This document shows, piece after piece, positions 49,204 through 51,974 of a DNA stretch of 51,974 bases. The translations under genes and the position numbers were made by a program. The stretch is taken from the NCBI GenBank assembly GCA_949285875.1, contig CASDZZ010000005.1, forward strand, positions 1-51,974, written 5' to 3'. This DNA comes from an uncultured bacterium. GTDB taxonomy: Bacteria; Bacillota_I; Bacilli_A; RF39; UBA660. The notes under the pieces were generated by a model. That model was not told the origin of the DNA. It saw nothing but the letters and a program-made list of their open reading frames with translations, and ran no database searches. Numbering within the stretch: the first letter of the stretch is position 1; each line of letters opens with the position of its first letter.

Positions 49204-49381
49204 ATGGAGAAAGTTTTAATTACGAATAATTAGCGCTATTCAATCAAACGTTTTGCTTAGTTTTGAGAGATTATTTCTCTCAAGAAATAGTTCTTTGAAA
49301 ACTTGATAATATGGTAGTTATATTTAATATAACATTAAGATCTCTCAAATGATCTCATCAAATTAGATAATCAATAATGGT
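49204..49381 (+). other. 16S-23S ITS without tRNA, containing the processing stem and a second boxA
   Basis: About 180 nt, no cloverleaf; AGTTCTTTGAAA at 49289-49300. Confidence 0.85.

Positions 49382-51974
<2,593 letters not shown>

Overview
Low-GC, gene-dense core chromosome of a streamlined Bacilli-type Firmicute using genetic code 11 (TGA is used as a stop). The 16S signature CCTACGGGAGACAGCAGTTAGGAATATTCG and the long V1 suggest the uncultured RF39-like gut lineage, which is my inference. Gene order: rplI-dnaB-LysM/G5/M23-walJ-rlmH-ung, lemA-like, gerQ, pduL, FemABX, dusB, YfcC-like transporter, a degenerate ClpC convergent with clpP, a uridine-kinase-like protein, gap/pgk/tpi interleaved with an Ig-domain surface protein and glycolipid genes, spo0A, the full S10-spc-alpha cluster without rpmD, SDR, a type IV pilin, an ECF module, truA, sporulation-linked ydcC/DUF378, a Ctp protease, DUF402, and an rRNA operon (16S, tRNA-free ITS, 23S truncated by the window end). 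No mobile elements, CRISPR or tRNAs were seen. Best leads: (1) a remodelled ribosomal exit tunnel (23S H35 loop CCGGAAAC, A1614C, acidic uL22 hairpin) plus compensated H89/H91 changes at the orthosomycin site; (2) a compact sporulation circuit with a spoIIE-like 0A-box promoter on spo0A and sigmaE-like promoters on gerQ, ydcC, clpP and a ClpC whose second ATPase motor looks dead; (3) walRKHI missing from its usual locus; (4) a pilin-like head fused to Ig domains; (5) a ~35-nt gap in the 16S core, probably an assembly artefact. All motif calls and rRNA numbering were done by eye against remembered reference sequences.
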